A DNA stretch of 64,000 nucleotides from Lingula anatina (lineage: Eukaryota > Animalia > Brachiopoda): assembly GCA_051362555.1 (NCBI GenBank), contig CM120641.1, forward strand, positions 4,898,001 to 4,962,000, in the 5' to 3' direction. Shown piece after piece: positions 54,157 through 64,000 of the stretch; position 1 is the first letter of the stretch; each line of letters begins with the position of its first letter. A program made the translations under genes and the position numbers. The notes under the pieces were generated by a model. The model did no database searches. It saw only the letters and a program-made list of their open reading frames with translations, and was not told the DNA's origin.

Positions 54157-55768
54157 GGGGGGGGGGTCCATACGAATGCGCTTACTCCAGCTGGTGGTAC
54201 AATATCCAGAGGCGATATCGCCTCTCTGATCCTCTAGTTCTCACCTGTTCCTGGAACATGTTTCAATGCCTTTTTCAAAGATATTTTTTCATGCCGTGTT
54301 CCACCTTCATAACGAAATAGGCAAGACCAAAAGAACATCCAGTCCAGTCTTGTTCTGTGGTTCATAACTATTATACATCTTTCTCCAGGGATAAACCGGT
54401 CTCCATAAATCCTGATCTTCATCCCCATTACTATTTCCAGCACAGCCTGTAAAGTAAACATGTACATGTACATTAAAATATCTAATGAAGTTATTTTCAT
54501 TCATGACCTTATCTGACACATCAAAGCAATAAAAAGCATGTCAGAGTGTAATTTGAACTTTTTCTTAAATCTGACTTTTTATTATTCTGATAATTTTTTA
54601 GCTTTAATAATTTCCTGCCAAAATTAATGAACTTCCATGGGGTAAAGAGCAATTTTCTCCAACTGACAAATTATTGCTTGACCAGCCCCTGCACTTGAAT
54701 TCGATGTTTGATTCCATTTTAAATTCAATACTTTAGTTTAAATTTAACTGTGTGGCCAGTCAAATAAACAACACCTGTCATCACACACATTGCCTTGATT
54801 TCCCACAAGAAAATGGCAGGGATTTTTTGTATTGCATTTGCAGCCCTGTGCTGTGGATAATGCCAAAAAGCTCACCCTCCCTGAGGGAGCTATCCCCCAG
54901 GCCAATTGGCGTGTTGTGTTGAAAAAGTGACTGTACTTATGGCAAAATGAACCCACAATTTCTGACTTCTGATTGACCAATAAATAACAGTTAAAATGCA
55001 CCAGAATGCAGTATTAAACATACAGTTTTTAAAAATTTTCCACACCATGGGAGGGGGACACCCCCTCCCACACCCTCCCCTCTCGGGGGCTTTGCCCCCT
55101 CGTGTCCGCTTACTGCCCCCCCTGGCATTTTGCTCAGGCTACGGCCCTGTCAGAGCAGTATTTTTTTTTAACATGTAGATTTGGTGATCTTCAGAGCTGT
55201 AAGTTTGATACAGTATGAGACCATATCTTACGATAAAAAATAGACAATTGATATGCCTTTAAGATGACTTTAGACTACATTTCTATTTTGCAGCGTTATG
55301 TTGTGGCTTTTTGGTGTTTAGTGAGACCAGAGCACGACGACACTCCAAGACCGTGACACCTACATGTCTATAACTGGGACGAGTGGCTGCGTTTAACGTC
55401 ACGTGCAAAGAGTAAATATTAGTACTACAAAAAATATTAAAGCGGCAGTGGGATGCTAATGATAGAGGTGAGTCTCAACTCCAAGAATCTCTGAAACTTG
55501 TTATGGGTTAGTTTGGGGTTTGGGGTGCTTTCTATTTCCAACAGATGCATCAAAGACACAAATACAATCAACTGGGATATAATCTCACCACAGGCAATGT
55601 CTCCCACAAACCGATCAATTCATCCATCTTCCGGCGACATACGTCAGGTTTTAATAACATGAACGGCAGAACAGGGCCCATCATGAGGACAGCACCCAAA
55701 GAACTGCTCAAAAACATGAAAATAGCACACAAAATGCCTTTCGCCCTTTGCACCGCAACATTCACCAT
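50859..55768 (-). CDS. LCLAT1: Lysocardiolipin acyltransferase 1 (AGPAT family), 5 coding exons
   Basis: Minus-strand exons 55589-55768, 54245-54446, 52156-52268, 51783-51933, 50859-51346. Motifs NHRTRLDWMFFW (HX4D), GWAMQNAAYIFLERKW, LLIFPEGTDLT, VLHPKTTGF, LDAIYDVTVGYP, and C-terminal KKES* (KKxx ER-retrieval). The start could be further upstream (in-frame ATGs at 55819 and 55834). Confidence 0.93.
51475..51564. repeat. Perfect 2 x 45-bp tandem duplication in LCLAT1 intron 4
   Basis: TGGTGTGGTTATCAGTAACATAATTCTCATACTTAGAAATAAACA repeated exactly. Confidence 0.9.
52475..54237 (+). mobile_element. Same HINE-like family, copy 3 (diverged subfamily), about 4 monomers, in LCLAT1 intron 2
   Basis: 5' GTACCACCAGCG-tata-CGCTGGCGGTAC; monomers at about 53263, 53409, 53555, 53701 and a partial one at 53837; 3' perfect palindrome AGAGGCGATATCGCCTCT; CTAG|TT end. 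Confidence 0.8.
54613..54735 (+). repeat. Dispersed repeat fragment shared with about 63479-63567
   Basis: CATGGGGTAAAGAGCAATT..ATTGCTTGACCAG(C/T)CCCTGCACTT..TGATTCCATTTT(A/G)AATT(C/T)AATAC in both places, differing by short indels. Confidence 0.7.
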
Positions 55769-55769
55769 G

Positions 55770-56200
55770 TTGTCAGGTTGTACTGTTGTGGCAAGCACCT
55801 GCCTCCATTGTCTGCGCATGTGCAGCAGCAGCATCTAAACCAGTATTATCGATCGACTGTGGAACTGTACATGGTACTAATTGAGATCTTGTGACAAATG
55901 ACAACCTATTATATGTGATTGTATTTTCAGCAGGGAAGGTTAGAGGTGCACAAGTAGCTGTTGATCAAACTGAAAGAGACAAAGAATTTGTGTCTTTGCC
56001 TCGGAATTCCATGAAGGGCTTGCATGGAGTGTCTGGGGCAATCAGTACAAATAAACTGCTCTTAGTGACCGTTCCCAGACCCTATAGTACAAACTGTGGA
56101 TCGATCTATCTCCGAAGGGATTTTCGCTAAATTGCAATCAATATAAGTGGATTAGATATCTGTCACGCCCACTGCTGCTGCTAGGGGTAATTAATTATCG
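55770..56200. promoter_or_regulatory. Putative bidirectional promoter region between LCLAT1 and EPHX1
   Basis: Head-to-head ATGs about 710 bp apart; NRF1-like TGCGCATGTGCA at 55813-55824. The EPHX1 first coding exon starts after an acceptor (TTTCAG|AAATAATG), which implies an upstream non-coding exon. Confidence 0.45.
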
Positions 56201-56477
56201 TTTAGCAGCTTCAGTGGGCGTGCCAGACATGGAGGGGGGGGGGGGGGGTTCAGCATACAGTTTTAAATCTATTACATATGTAGCATCTCTTTATGATTTA
56301 AGTTTATTTATAATGGATGTTGTTGCTATGCAAGGTTGTATGTGAAGTCATTAAAAATGGCAACCAGACAAGTAAGATCTGGCCCTATTACACTTCATAA
56401 TAGCAATTAATGTTTCAAAATACCACTTATTTATTACTTATTTACTTAATTTATGCCAAATTTTCATTTCAGAAATA

Positions 56478-59400
56478 ATGAAGCGTGGATTATGTTGCTG
56501 TTGTCTTGTGATCCCCATTGCTGTTTCCATAGCAATCGCACTTGTGTTGACAGGTTTGCTTGATGATGACCCCAATCCCCCAGAGATTCAAGATGGTTGG
56601 TGGGGAAAATTAGGTGAAAAGACAGAAGATGACCTGTCCTTGAAGGGTATCAAAATAATGGTGACAGATAGCATAATTGATGACTTAAAGGAGAGATTGA
56701 GCAAGACAAAATACTTTGACAGCTTGGAAGATGCCAACTTCAATTATGGCTTTAGTGTGGACTATATGAAAGAGGTGTGATTATACTAGTATTACCCACA
56801 GATGTTGACTGACATTCTTTATCAGTCAAAAGTTTATTTTGCTTTATAAATATTTTGAAAATTATCAGTCAGATTTTAATTTTGTGTATTTATTATTATT
56901 ATTATTATCTATATATTTATTTATTTTATTTATTTATTTATTTATTTTATTGTCAGGAAAGCTGTTCTTTTAAGGTTTTCTATGAAAACAAAAGATATGG
57001 TAAAATTAATGACGTTGAGATATATTTGAAATATATTTCTGAATGCATTTCTCAATTTATTTATTGATTTATTTAATTGGTTATTTTTTTCTGAAAGCAC
57101 TTATGGATTGATTGTCTTTTAGGTTGTAAAATACTGGAGAGAGAAATATGACTGGAGAAAAGCAGAACTTGAACTGAATGAATATAAACACTATAAAACT
57201 CAGATTGAAGGAATATTTATTCACTTTGTACATATCAAACCTGATGTCAAAGAACAAGGTAATAGAAATTAACTATGAAAGTCAGATAAGTTTGCGATAT
57301 ATTTTTAAAAAAAATTTGTGTATGCTTTAAAATTTGGGACTTGTTAAGTATTTTCAAAACACATTTTATTACACCACTGACAGTGTTCTAATCCTTACCT
57401 TTTTTTAATTTTTTTTCAGATATTGTTGTCCGCCCACTGTTGCTTGTTCATGGATGGCCAGGATCATTTTATGAGTTTTACAAAATGGTTCCACTTCTGA
57501 CCAAACCTCAGAATGGGCTTGTCTTCGAACTGGTGTTGCCATCTATTCCAGGATATGGTTTTTCTGAAGCATCTCATAAGCAGGGTGAGCATGTCAAATC
57601 TGTTACCAGAGGCAGAAATTGCCTAATAAAATCACTCCTCCAATGAACCCCTAATGATCGCTGCATGTTGATAATTTTTTGTCCAGATTAATCTGCTGTT
57701 ACCAGTTGATATGTAGTGGGAACGGATAAATCCGAGTACCATCAGATTTGAGTACTGATGGATCCATGTGCAACTAATCCCAAAATAAATACCAATGAGA
57801 CCGCAACCTATGATTCCAAATACTGACTGATAGTTTTATTATAAAGTGGTTCTTGAATAAGAGCATGCTCAGCAGAAAAAAATGTGTAAATAAGTCTACA
57901 TATCTATTATTATGTAGATTTATAGACACATAAAAGCAATGTGTTTCTATAATGATATTTTTCTATAAAATTGACCTCAACCCTGACCACTTCCAGACAA
58001 AACGGGCTTCTTATATGTCCAGAACTCAGATAAAGACCCCATTCAGAATGGATGATCCGAGTACTTACTGATTGGCCAACTAAATATGGCCGAACACAGT
58101 CCAAAAGTGATGCTGCTGATTCCCCGATTGGTCTCCCTGCCTCCACACGTCTCCACTGCAGGGTCGAGCAATTAAACCACAGAGCAGAGATTAAATCAGT
58201 TTAAAGGTGCATGTGGAGTTGGGGAGACCATCAGGAATCAGCAGCATCGCTTTTGAACTGTGGTTGGCTGTATTTAGTCGGCAGATCAGTAAGTTCTCGG
58301 ATCATCCATTTTGAATGGGGCCAAAGATGTTTGTGTGTGCATCACTTTTGTTCAAATTAGCTGAACGCATTAGAAATCAACTAGATGCACAGATTGGCTT
58401 TTGGCTTTTTCAGCAGTGATTTAACTCTTAAATGCCATCTTGACGCAGATATTTTAGAATCTGTACCTAAAGGATCATTTCAGTGGCCTTTGTTTGGAGT
58501 TGTTTCTCACTGTAACACAAAACATTGGCTGAATTCCAACTTAACAGTGATTCAGAAGTTATCAGTAAAAAACTCCATTGCAGTTACCGGTACTACAATG
58601 TAGTAAGTGATGCCAGGTCCAAAAGCCTAAAATTGCCTTAAATTTTTTGGAAAGTGTTATTTTTTTTCAAGAATATTTTTTCTGATGAGCATTTATGTAA
58701 TAAAATTGACCAAATGAACTTTGATAACGTTAAGGTAGGTACTTGGGTTTTATAACAACACCCAATCTACCATGCCTGCCATACTCTGCCATACCGTAAC
58801 GATTGCCAATTTCATTTCCAAATAAAATTTAGAATTTAAAAAACTATAATCAACCATGTAACTTGTTTTATTGCTCCTCTAGGTTTTGATCAAGTTGACA
58901 CAGCCAGAATATTTCACAAACTGATGACTCGTTTGGGACATCAGTCCTATTATGTGCAGGGCGGGGACTGGGGAGCAGCCATTACTCAGTATATGTCAAT
59001 CTTATATCCACAGTAAGTTGTGTATAATTGATAATACCTGTAGCTACTATATCCAAGAATATTGCTCTAACATATGTCATTGTTATTGTTCCCAGTTATT
59101 TAAGTTTTTTGTCAAAGCAAATGGGTTGTAATTAAATGCAAACATATTGTTATGACATAATTTTATTTCAGTGCTATAATGTGGTTGAAGAGTAGGAATG
59201 TCTGAAATCTATTCAAAACAATTTCAAAATATATATTGGATTTTGTCACTTTAGGTCAGTGCTAGGACTGCATTCAAATATGTTCCAAATGGAAATGGGT
59301 GGAAAGGCTCTCTTGAAATTTTTTATTGCTGCAATGCTGCCATCTGCAATTTTAGAAGAGCAGGATATACCGAAAATCCATCCAATATGGGACAAGCTGG

Positions 59401-60790
59401 CGTTCATTCTGAATGAAATGGGCTATGCATTTCTTCAATCCACCAAGCCTGATACTATAGGTAAGTTTACTTACTTACTTATTATTTGTTAAATATCAAA
59501 CTTCATTATTTTTGACTGAGAGAGTTGGGGGAGCAATCAACCGCAGCAGACCAGAGCAGAACTTCATAGCTTTACTTTTTGTTAAAAGTGAAATGTAACT
59601 CCAAGCAAATTAGACTGAGCAATTAAAATTTATAAGAATGTTTTTTGTTATGATTACAGCTAGCCTAAAAGATTAAACACCTATGGGAAAAAGTATGGTT
59701 TCAATAGATTTGCCATACTGACAATTACAAATTTTTAAACATATTAAAATAGAAAAAAAATCATCATTGTGCCCTCTACATTTTAGGAATGCCTCTCTCG
59801 GATTCACCAGTAGGTCTTGCAGCATATATCTTAGAGAAGTTCTCCACCTGGACCAACCCTGGGCATAGGGACTTGCCTGATGGTGGTCTGACAAAGAAGT
59901 TTACCCTGGACGAGCTATTGACCAATGTGATGATCTACTGGACCACCAAGTCTGTCACGTCATCAATGAGGTTCTACAAGGAGATGGTTTGGAGTGACCA
60001 GACTAGTGATATGGGCAGGTGTGTTTGTATGTTTAAATCTTTGTTGGTTGGTAATGTATTTATTTATTTATTTTTTATATTTAGTTGTCTATTCTTCCTT
60101 TTTTGCTCAGATTGATTGAAATTCTTTTTCTTGAATGCAGATTGCTTTTTTTTTAAAACTCAAACCCTTTTGTAATGGTTTCAAAGGCTGATACTGTAGG
60201 CTCCTCTCTTACCAAAACAGAATAATGCTACAGCCCCTGCCCCTCACAAGGTGAGGGCCAATGAAGCACTGCAAAATGCCTGAAATTGTACACTATTTTC
60301 CAAAGGTTGCTCTGCAACTTTTGTTACGTTATTGTGGAATATAATGGAGGACAATTTCCCCATATTTCTACCTACAAAATTGTATTTTTTACAGATAATT
60401 GTATTTTGTTACAGATAAGAATGGGAAAATGATTATTTGTGTTGCCAGATAAGATTCCCAATGGACATTGAAAATATATTGCTTTGGTAAATTAACCTGC
60501 TGTGTTTCAGTTTTATTTGTGTATCTTCCTTTAACAATTTTCTTTTTATAACCAGGTACAAAGTCCGGGTACCAACAGGCATAGCATATTTTCCGCATGA
60601 AATCCCCTTTGGTTGTGCCCCTCTCCTGTTCACCACAAATGCCAAGCACCTCCTCCAGTACACAAATATGCCCACTGGCGGCCATTTTGCAGCTTTTGAG
60701 GAACCGCAGTTGTTAGCAGCAGATATCTATAAATTTGTTAAGAAAGCAGAAGAGTTTCATAAAAAACAGAATGCAGATTCTAATACTTAA
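56478..60790 (+). CDS. EPHX1: Microsomal epoxide hydrolase (EPHX1/JHEH family), 7 coding exons
   Basis: Exons 56478-56774, 57123-57258, 57420-57584, 58883-59012, 59255-59460, 59787-60018, 60556-60790. Motifs [27 protein letters not shown] (oxyanion hole), QGGDWG (nucleophile), [29 protein letters not shown] (acid) and [10 protein letters not shown] (catalytic His). Confidence 0.95.
58035..58322. mobile_element. MITE-like fold-back element with about 110-bp imperfect TIRs in EPHX1 intron 3
   Basis: CCCCATTCAGAATGGATGATCCGAGTACTTACTGAT...GATGCTGCTGATTCC..TGGTCTCCC..CTCCACA (58037-58147) is inverted to TGTGGAG..GGGAGACCA..GGAATCAGCAGCATC...ATCAGTAAGTTCTCGGATCATCCATTTTGAATGGGG (58212-58320). AAA on both flanks. 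Confidence 0.75.
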
Positions 60791-60976
60791 CATTTGTGAT
60801 ATTTTGGGGCAGTTTAAGCTTTAAGGTTTATGGCAATATATTTTTAAAATGTATGTCCTCAGGGTTACATGAACGTGTAACTGATTTTTTTCTGTCGGAA
60901 TACGGTCACTTATAGAGAATGGATCAACAAAGATAATTTGGAAGACAGTCAGAAAATATCTCTGGATCCGCCCTTG

Positions 60977-61000
60977 CATACATACATGTACATACATACA

Positions 61001-61030
<30 letters not shown>
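60977..61030. repeat. (CATA)n microsatellite downstream of the EPHX1 stop
   Basis: CATA tetranucleotide run with one interruption. Confidence 0.9.
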
Positions 61031-61033
<3 letters not shown>

Positions 61034-61509
61034 TATATACATACACAAATATACCTTTTACTTATTTTATTTGTATCACTGATTTGGCAGCTAGAGTAGA
61101 TTACCTCTAAGACTAATTAAGAGCCCTGTGTGGTTACTGTGACATAATTACATGCAAATTACTGATGCATCCGTACAACATAAGAATTCCATATGTATCA
61201 GACATATATGAGTACTTATATATATCCATACAACATCAGTGTTTACCACAAAGAAGATAATGCATTATCATTATCAATGTTTTGTAATAATTTTTGTTTA
61301 AACAAACCATTTTAACATTCATAATTAATTAATGAGAAATTAGCTAGTACTCAGTAAATTGTTAGTCATTATAATTGATATTATCAACTAATCAAGAATA
61401 TTTTACTTTTAAATTGATATACATTAACTTACAAATTGTAAATAGCACAGGCAGTTATACATCCTAGGCAAGTTGAAATTAGTCTCAAAAGCATCATGCA
61501 CATCATATG

Positions 61510-61541
61510 ATCAGGGAATTATATCGATATAATTCCCTGAT
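61510..61541. other. Perfect 32-bp palindrome
   Basis: ATCAGGGAATTATATCGATATAATTCCCTGAT equals its own reverse complement. Confidence 0.9.
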
Positions 61542-63722
61542 ATGATCCACTTTTGGTACAGTCCGTGACAGTGACAATTTTTAACATTGATAATATTTTT
61601 GCATGAGGTATATATGAAGCATTCATCTCTACTACAGTGTACATGCTGTTTACTTCAGTATGTGATACTGTAGATATTAATGGATATTGAAAGCTCAACG
61701 TCATACATTAAGCTCTATTTTGCAGATTTTATACATGTGGTTGCATGAATGACATAATTATGCCTCTTTGTATCTTTTTGAGTTTTATATTTCAAAATGT
61801 CTTAGATTTACATGTATTTCAAGAAATATGTATTTGTGCATTTTTTTTAATCTTGGTTGCATTTAAAAAAGTCATAATAACTCTTTTGGCCAAAAATTGG
61901 ATTTTCCTGGAGTAAACGGCAATTTTTCTGTACTTACCAATGGTCAGCGACCCCATTCCTGCATTCAAAGTTATTCCAGGGTTTTTTTCCTAAACGTTTG
62001 GATTTTGTTAAAATATCTTAAGAGATTTTAACTGACGGAGCTCTCTCTGACTTTGCATAGTCATGCGATATCGAGCGATATTTTCTGGTGACCTACTTAA
62101 AACCGCGGGAAAAGCAGATAACAACAACACTATATAACAATAATATAAGATTCATAAGATATATATATATACGTCTTATTGCTCAAAATGCATTTATATC
62201 TACAATGTGTGCAATTCTTTATCTTTCTTTTTCGTTATCCGACGCACTGTACAAAAACTCACAACTTACGTCTGCGGATTGCATCAGTGCGTTTGGCGCC
62301 AAATGTTATTTTGGTCTCGATTGAACGCGAGAATCTGTGTGACACCCTAACGTCATTATCAACAGATGCCTTGACGACCGTGAAGAAACGTATCGAAAGC
62401 CTATTGACAAGCACAGATTTTAGTTTTACTACAATAACAGCCGTTTTAGTGGTAAAATGCAATAGAATATATTTCCATGCGTTGTTAACAATGTATTTCT
62501 TGCGGAATTTTGAATCTCAAAGGAAGAATTATCATTGCTTTAAGCTAATTCATTAAGATGTAGGATTTCAAGGAGTGGTAATTTTGTCCTTTATGAATGT
62601 CTTCATAATTTTGCAGTTGTAAGTTTTATCATGTGTGTATTAACAAACAAACATAGCTACATGTACCCCGGAAGATTTGTACTGTCCCAAGTGAACCCAT
62701 AGCAAATTAAGCCAATAATGAATGAATTAATAAGGGCCCCTTAAGGGTCTTATTTCTTTTCACTGGACCCTATTTTTAGTACTTCATGAGGGACTACCGG
62801 TATATGTGCTCTGTTTCTTTTATTTCATCCGATTATCCACCAAGGCATGAAAGAAAGAATTTTTGATTAGCTGATAAGTACTACCAGTAAAGTACTGGTA
62901 CATACACTGTATGATTGGTACATACACATGTACATGTACCTGTATGTTCATTTCAACATTAGAAAATGAGAAACATACAAAAAAATATAAATAAATAAAA
63001 TAAAATTGAAAAATTAATAAAATTAAACGATTTTATCAAATGTATGGCTAAATAAATTTATTTACAGAAAAATGATTTTGATTTTTTCAGTATATGCCTG
63101 TTAATTGCAATTTTGTCAGAAAAAAATGTTTGCAGAGGGCATTGTCCTATTAACCAATCAGAGGCTTAGAATTCCACAAGAGGTATATAAAATGCATTTG
63201 TAGCCTTTATGAGAGACATCCGTGTACAGTACATTCTCTTTGTCATCATCTTTTGGGATTCGTTTCCTGACCAAATGTTTGAAATAACTGACGCCACCCC
63301 CCCCCCCCACCTCCCGAAAGTGATCTAATTGTATGACGCATGCGCACACGTGTTTTCCTGTACTACTTCACGTCGTACGTCACCTTGCTTGCACGATAAC
63401 ACTTCAGTAGGGTGACAGGTTTGTATAAGTTCTCAAATTACGCATTCTACTTTCTTATAATTGATTAATTAAATTATATCCAGCCAAAATGTACTTTCAT
63501 GGGGTAAAGAGCAATTATTGCTTGACCAGTCCCTGCACTTTGATTCCATTTTGAATTTAATACCTTAGCGGAGAACTGGGCTGGTACCCGATATTGACCA
63601 CTGCCTCCACACTGGCCCTTAAATACTGGCGCAGCATTTAACATAAGAAGTACCATGACACCACCTCCTTTGTAACTCATGCACTTTACGAAAATGAAAA
63701 ATTAAACAGAATAATTAACACC

Positions 63723-63896
63723 CTGGGGTAGCGCTAGCAATTTTTATCGCTTAGCCAATTAAATCACTTTTTTGTAAATTTGTTATCAAAATGGTTATAA
63801 TTTGACTAAAAGAAGTCAAATCTAGCCCTTTTTCTTTAGCCAATTTAAGAAAGTTTTAGCATTTGGCTAAATTGGCGAGTGTTAGCGCTACCCCAG
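63723..63896. mobile_element. 174-bp MITE with 17-bp TIRs and 5-bp TSD (ACACC)
   Basis: CTGGGGTAGCGCTAGCA ... TGTTAGCGCTACCCCAG (16/17 match); ACACC at 63718-63722 and 63897-63901; internal TTAGCCAATT repeats. Confidence 0.8.
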
Positions 63897-64000
63897 ACAC
63901 CTCAACCTGGTCAACCGGCATCAAAAATACACTGGCGCTCATTGGACGCCCCGACATCTGGGAGGACCCTCTTAAAATATCTAAGACCTCACTCTCTTCC

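Noticed and set aside
54990-55149. GC-rich segment ending GGCTACGGCCCTG (CAGGGCCGTAGCC on minus), and a similar end near 25969
   Set aside because: Resembles one terminus of a common non-autonomous DNA transposon, but no matching second TIR or TSD was found, so boundaries cannot be supported.

Overview
AT-rich, intron-rich animal genomic DNA (an invertebrate, plausibly a lophotrochozoan; the taxon cannot be fixed from sequence alone). Five protein-coding genes were rebuilt by hand from GT-AG boundaries and codon phase. (1) ANKFN1/wide-awake orthologue (+, >=5158-38444; ankyrin, FN3 and C-terminal RA-like domains; 5' end probably outside the window; evidence for alternative N-terminal exons). 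(2) A 13-finger C2H2 zinc-finger gene with one coding exon (-, 40913-43312). (3) RCE1 CAAX protease (+, 43779-49056). (4) LCLAT1 acyltransferase (-, 50859-55768). (5) EPHX1-type microsomal epoxide hydrolase (+, 56478-60790). ZnF/RCE1 and LCLAT1/EPHX1 are head-to-head pairs. The most striking non-genic feature is a family of three same-orientation, non-autonomous Helitron/Helentron-like (HINE-type) elements with a 5' hairpin, sub-terminal inverted repeats, a 3' palindrome and a CTAG end. They carry about 8, 0 and 4 copies of a 146-bp monomer, and each monomer holds a perfect nuclear-receptor DR1 site. Also present: three MITE-like fold-back elements, a decayed PIF/Harbinger transposase fragment, local tandem duplications, microsatellites and a perfect 32-bp palindrome. 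No rRNA, tRNA or CRISPR array was seen. Exon coordinates are manual and unverified by transcript data.
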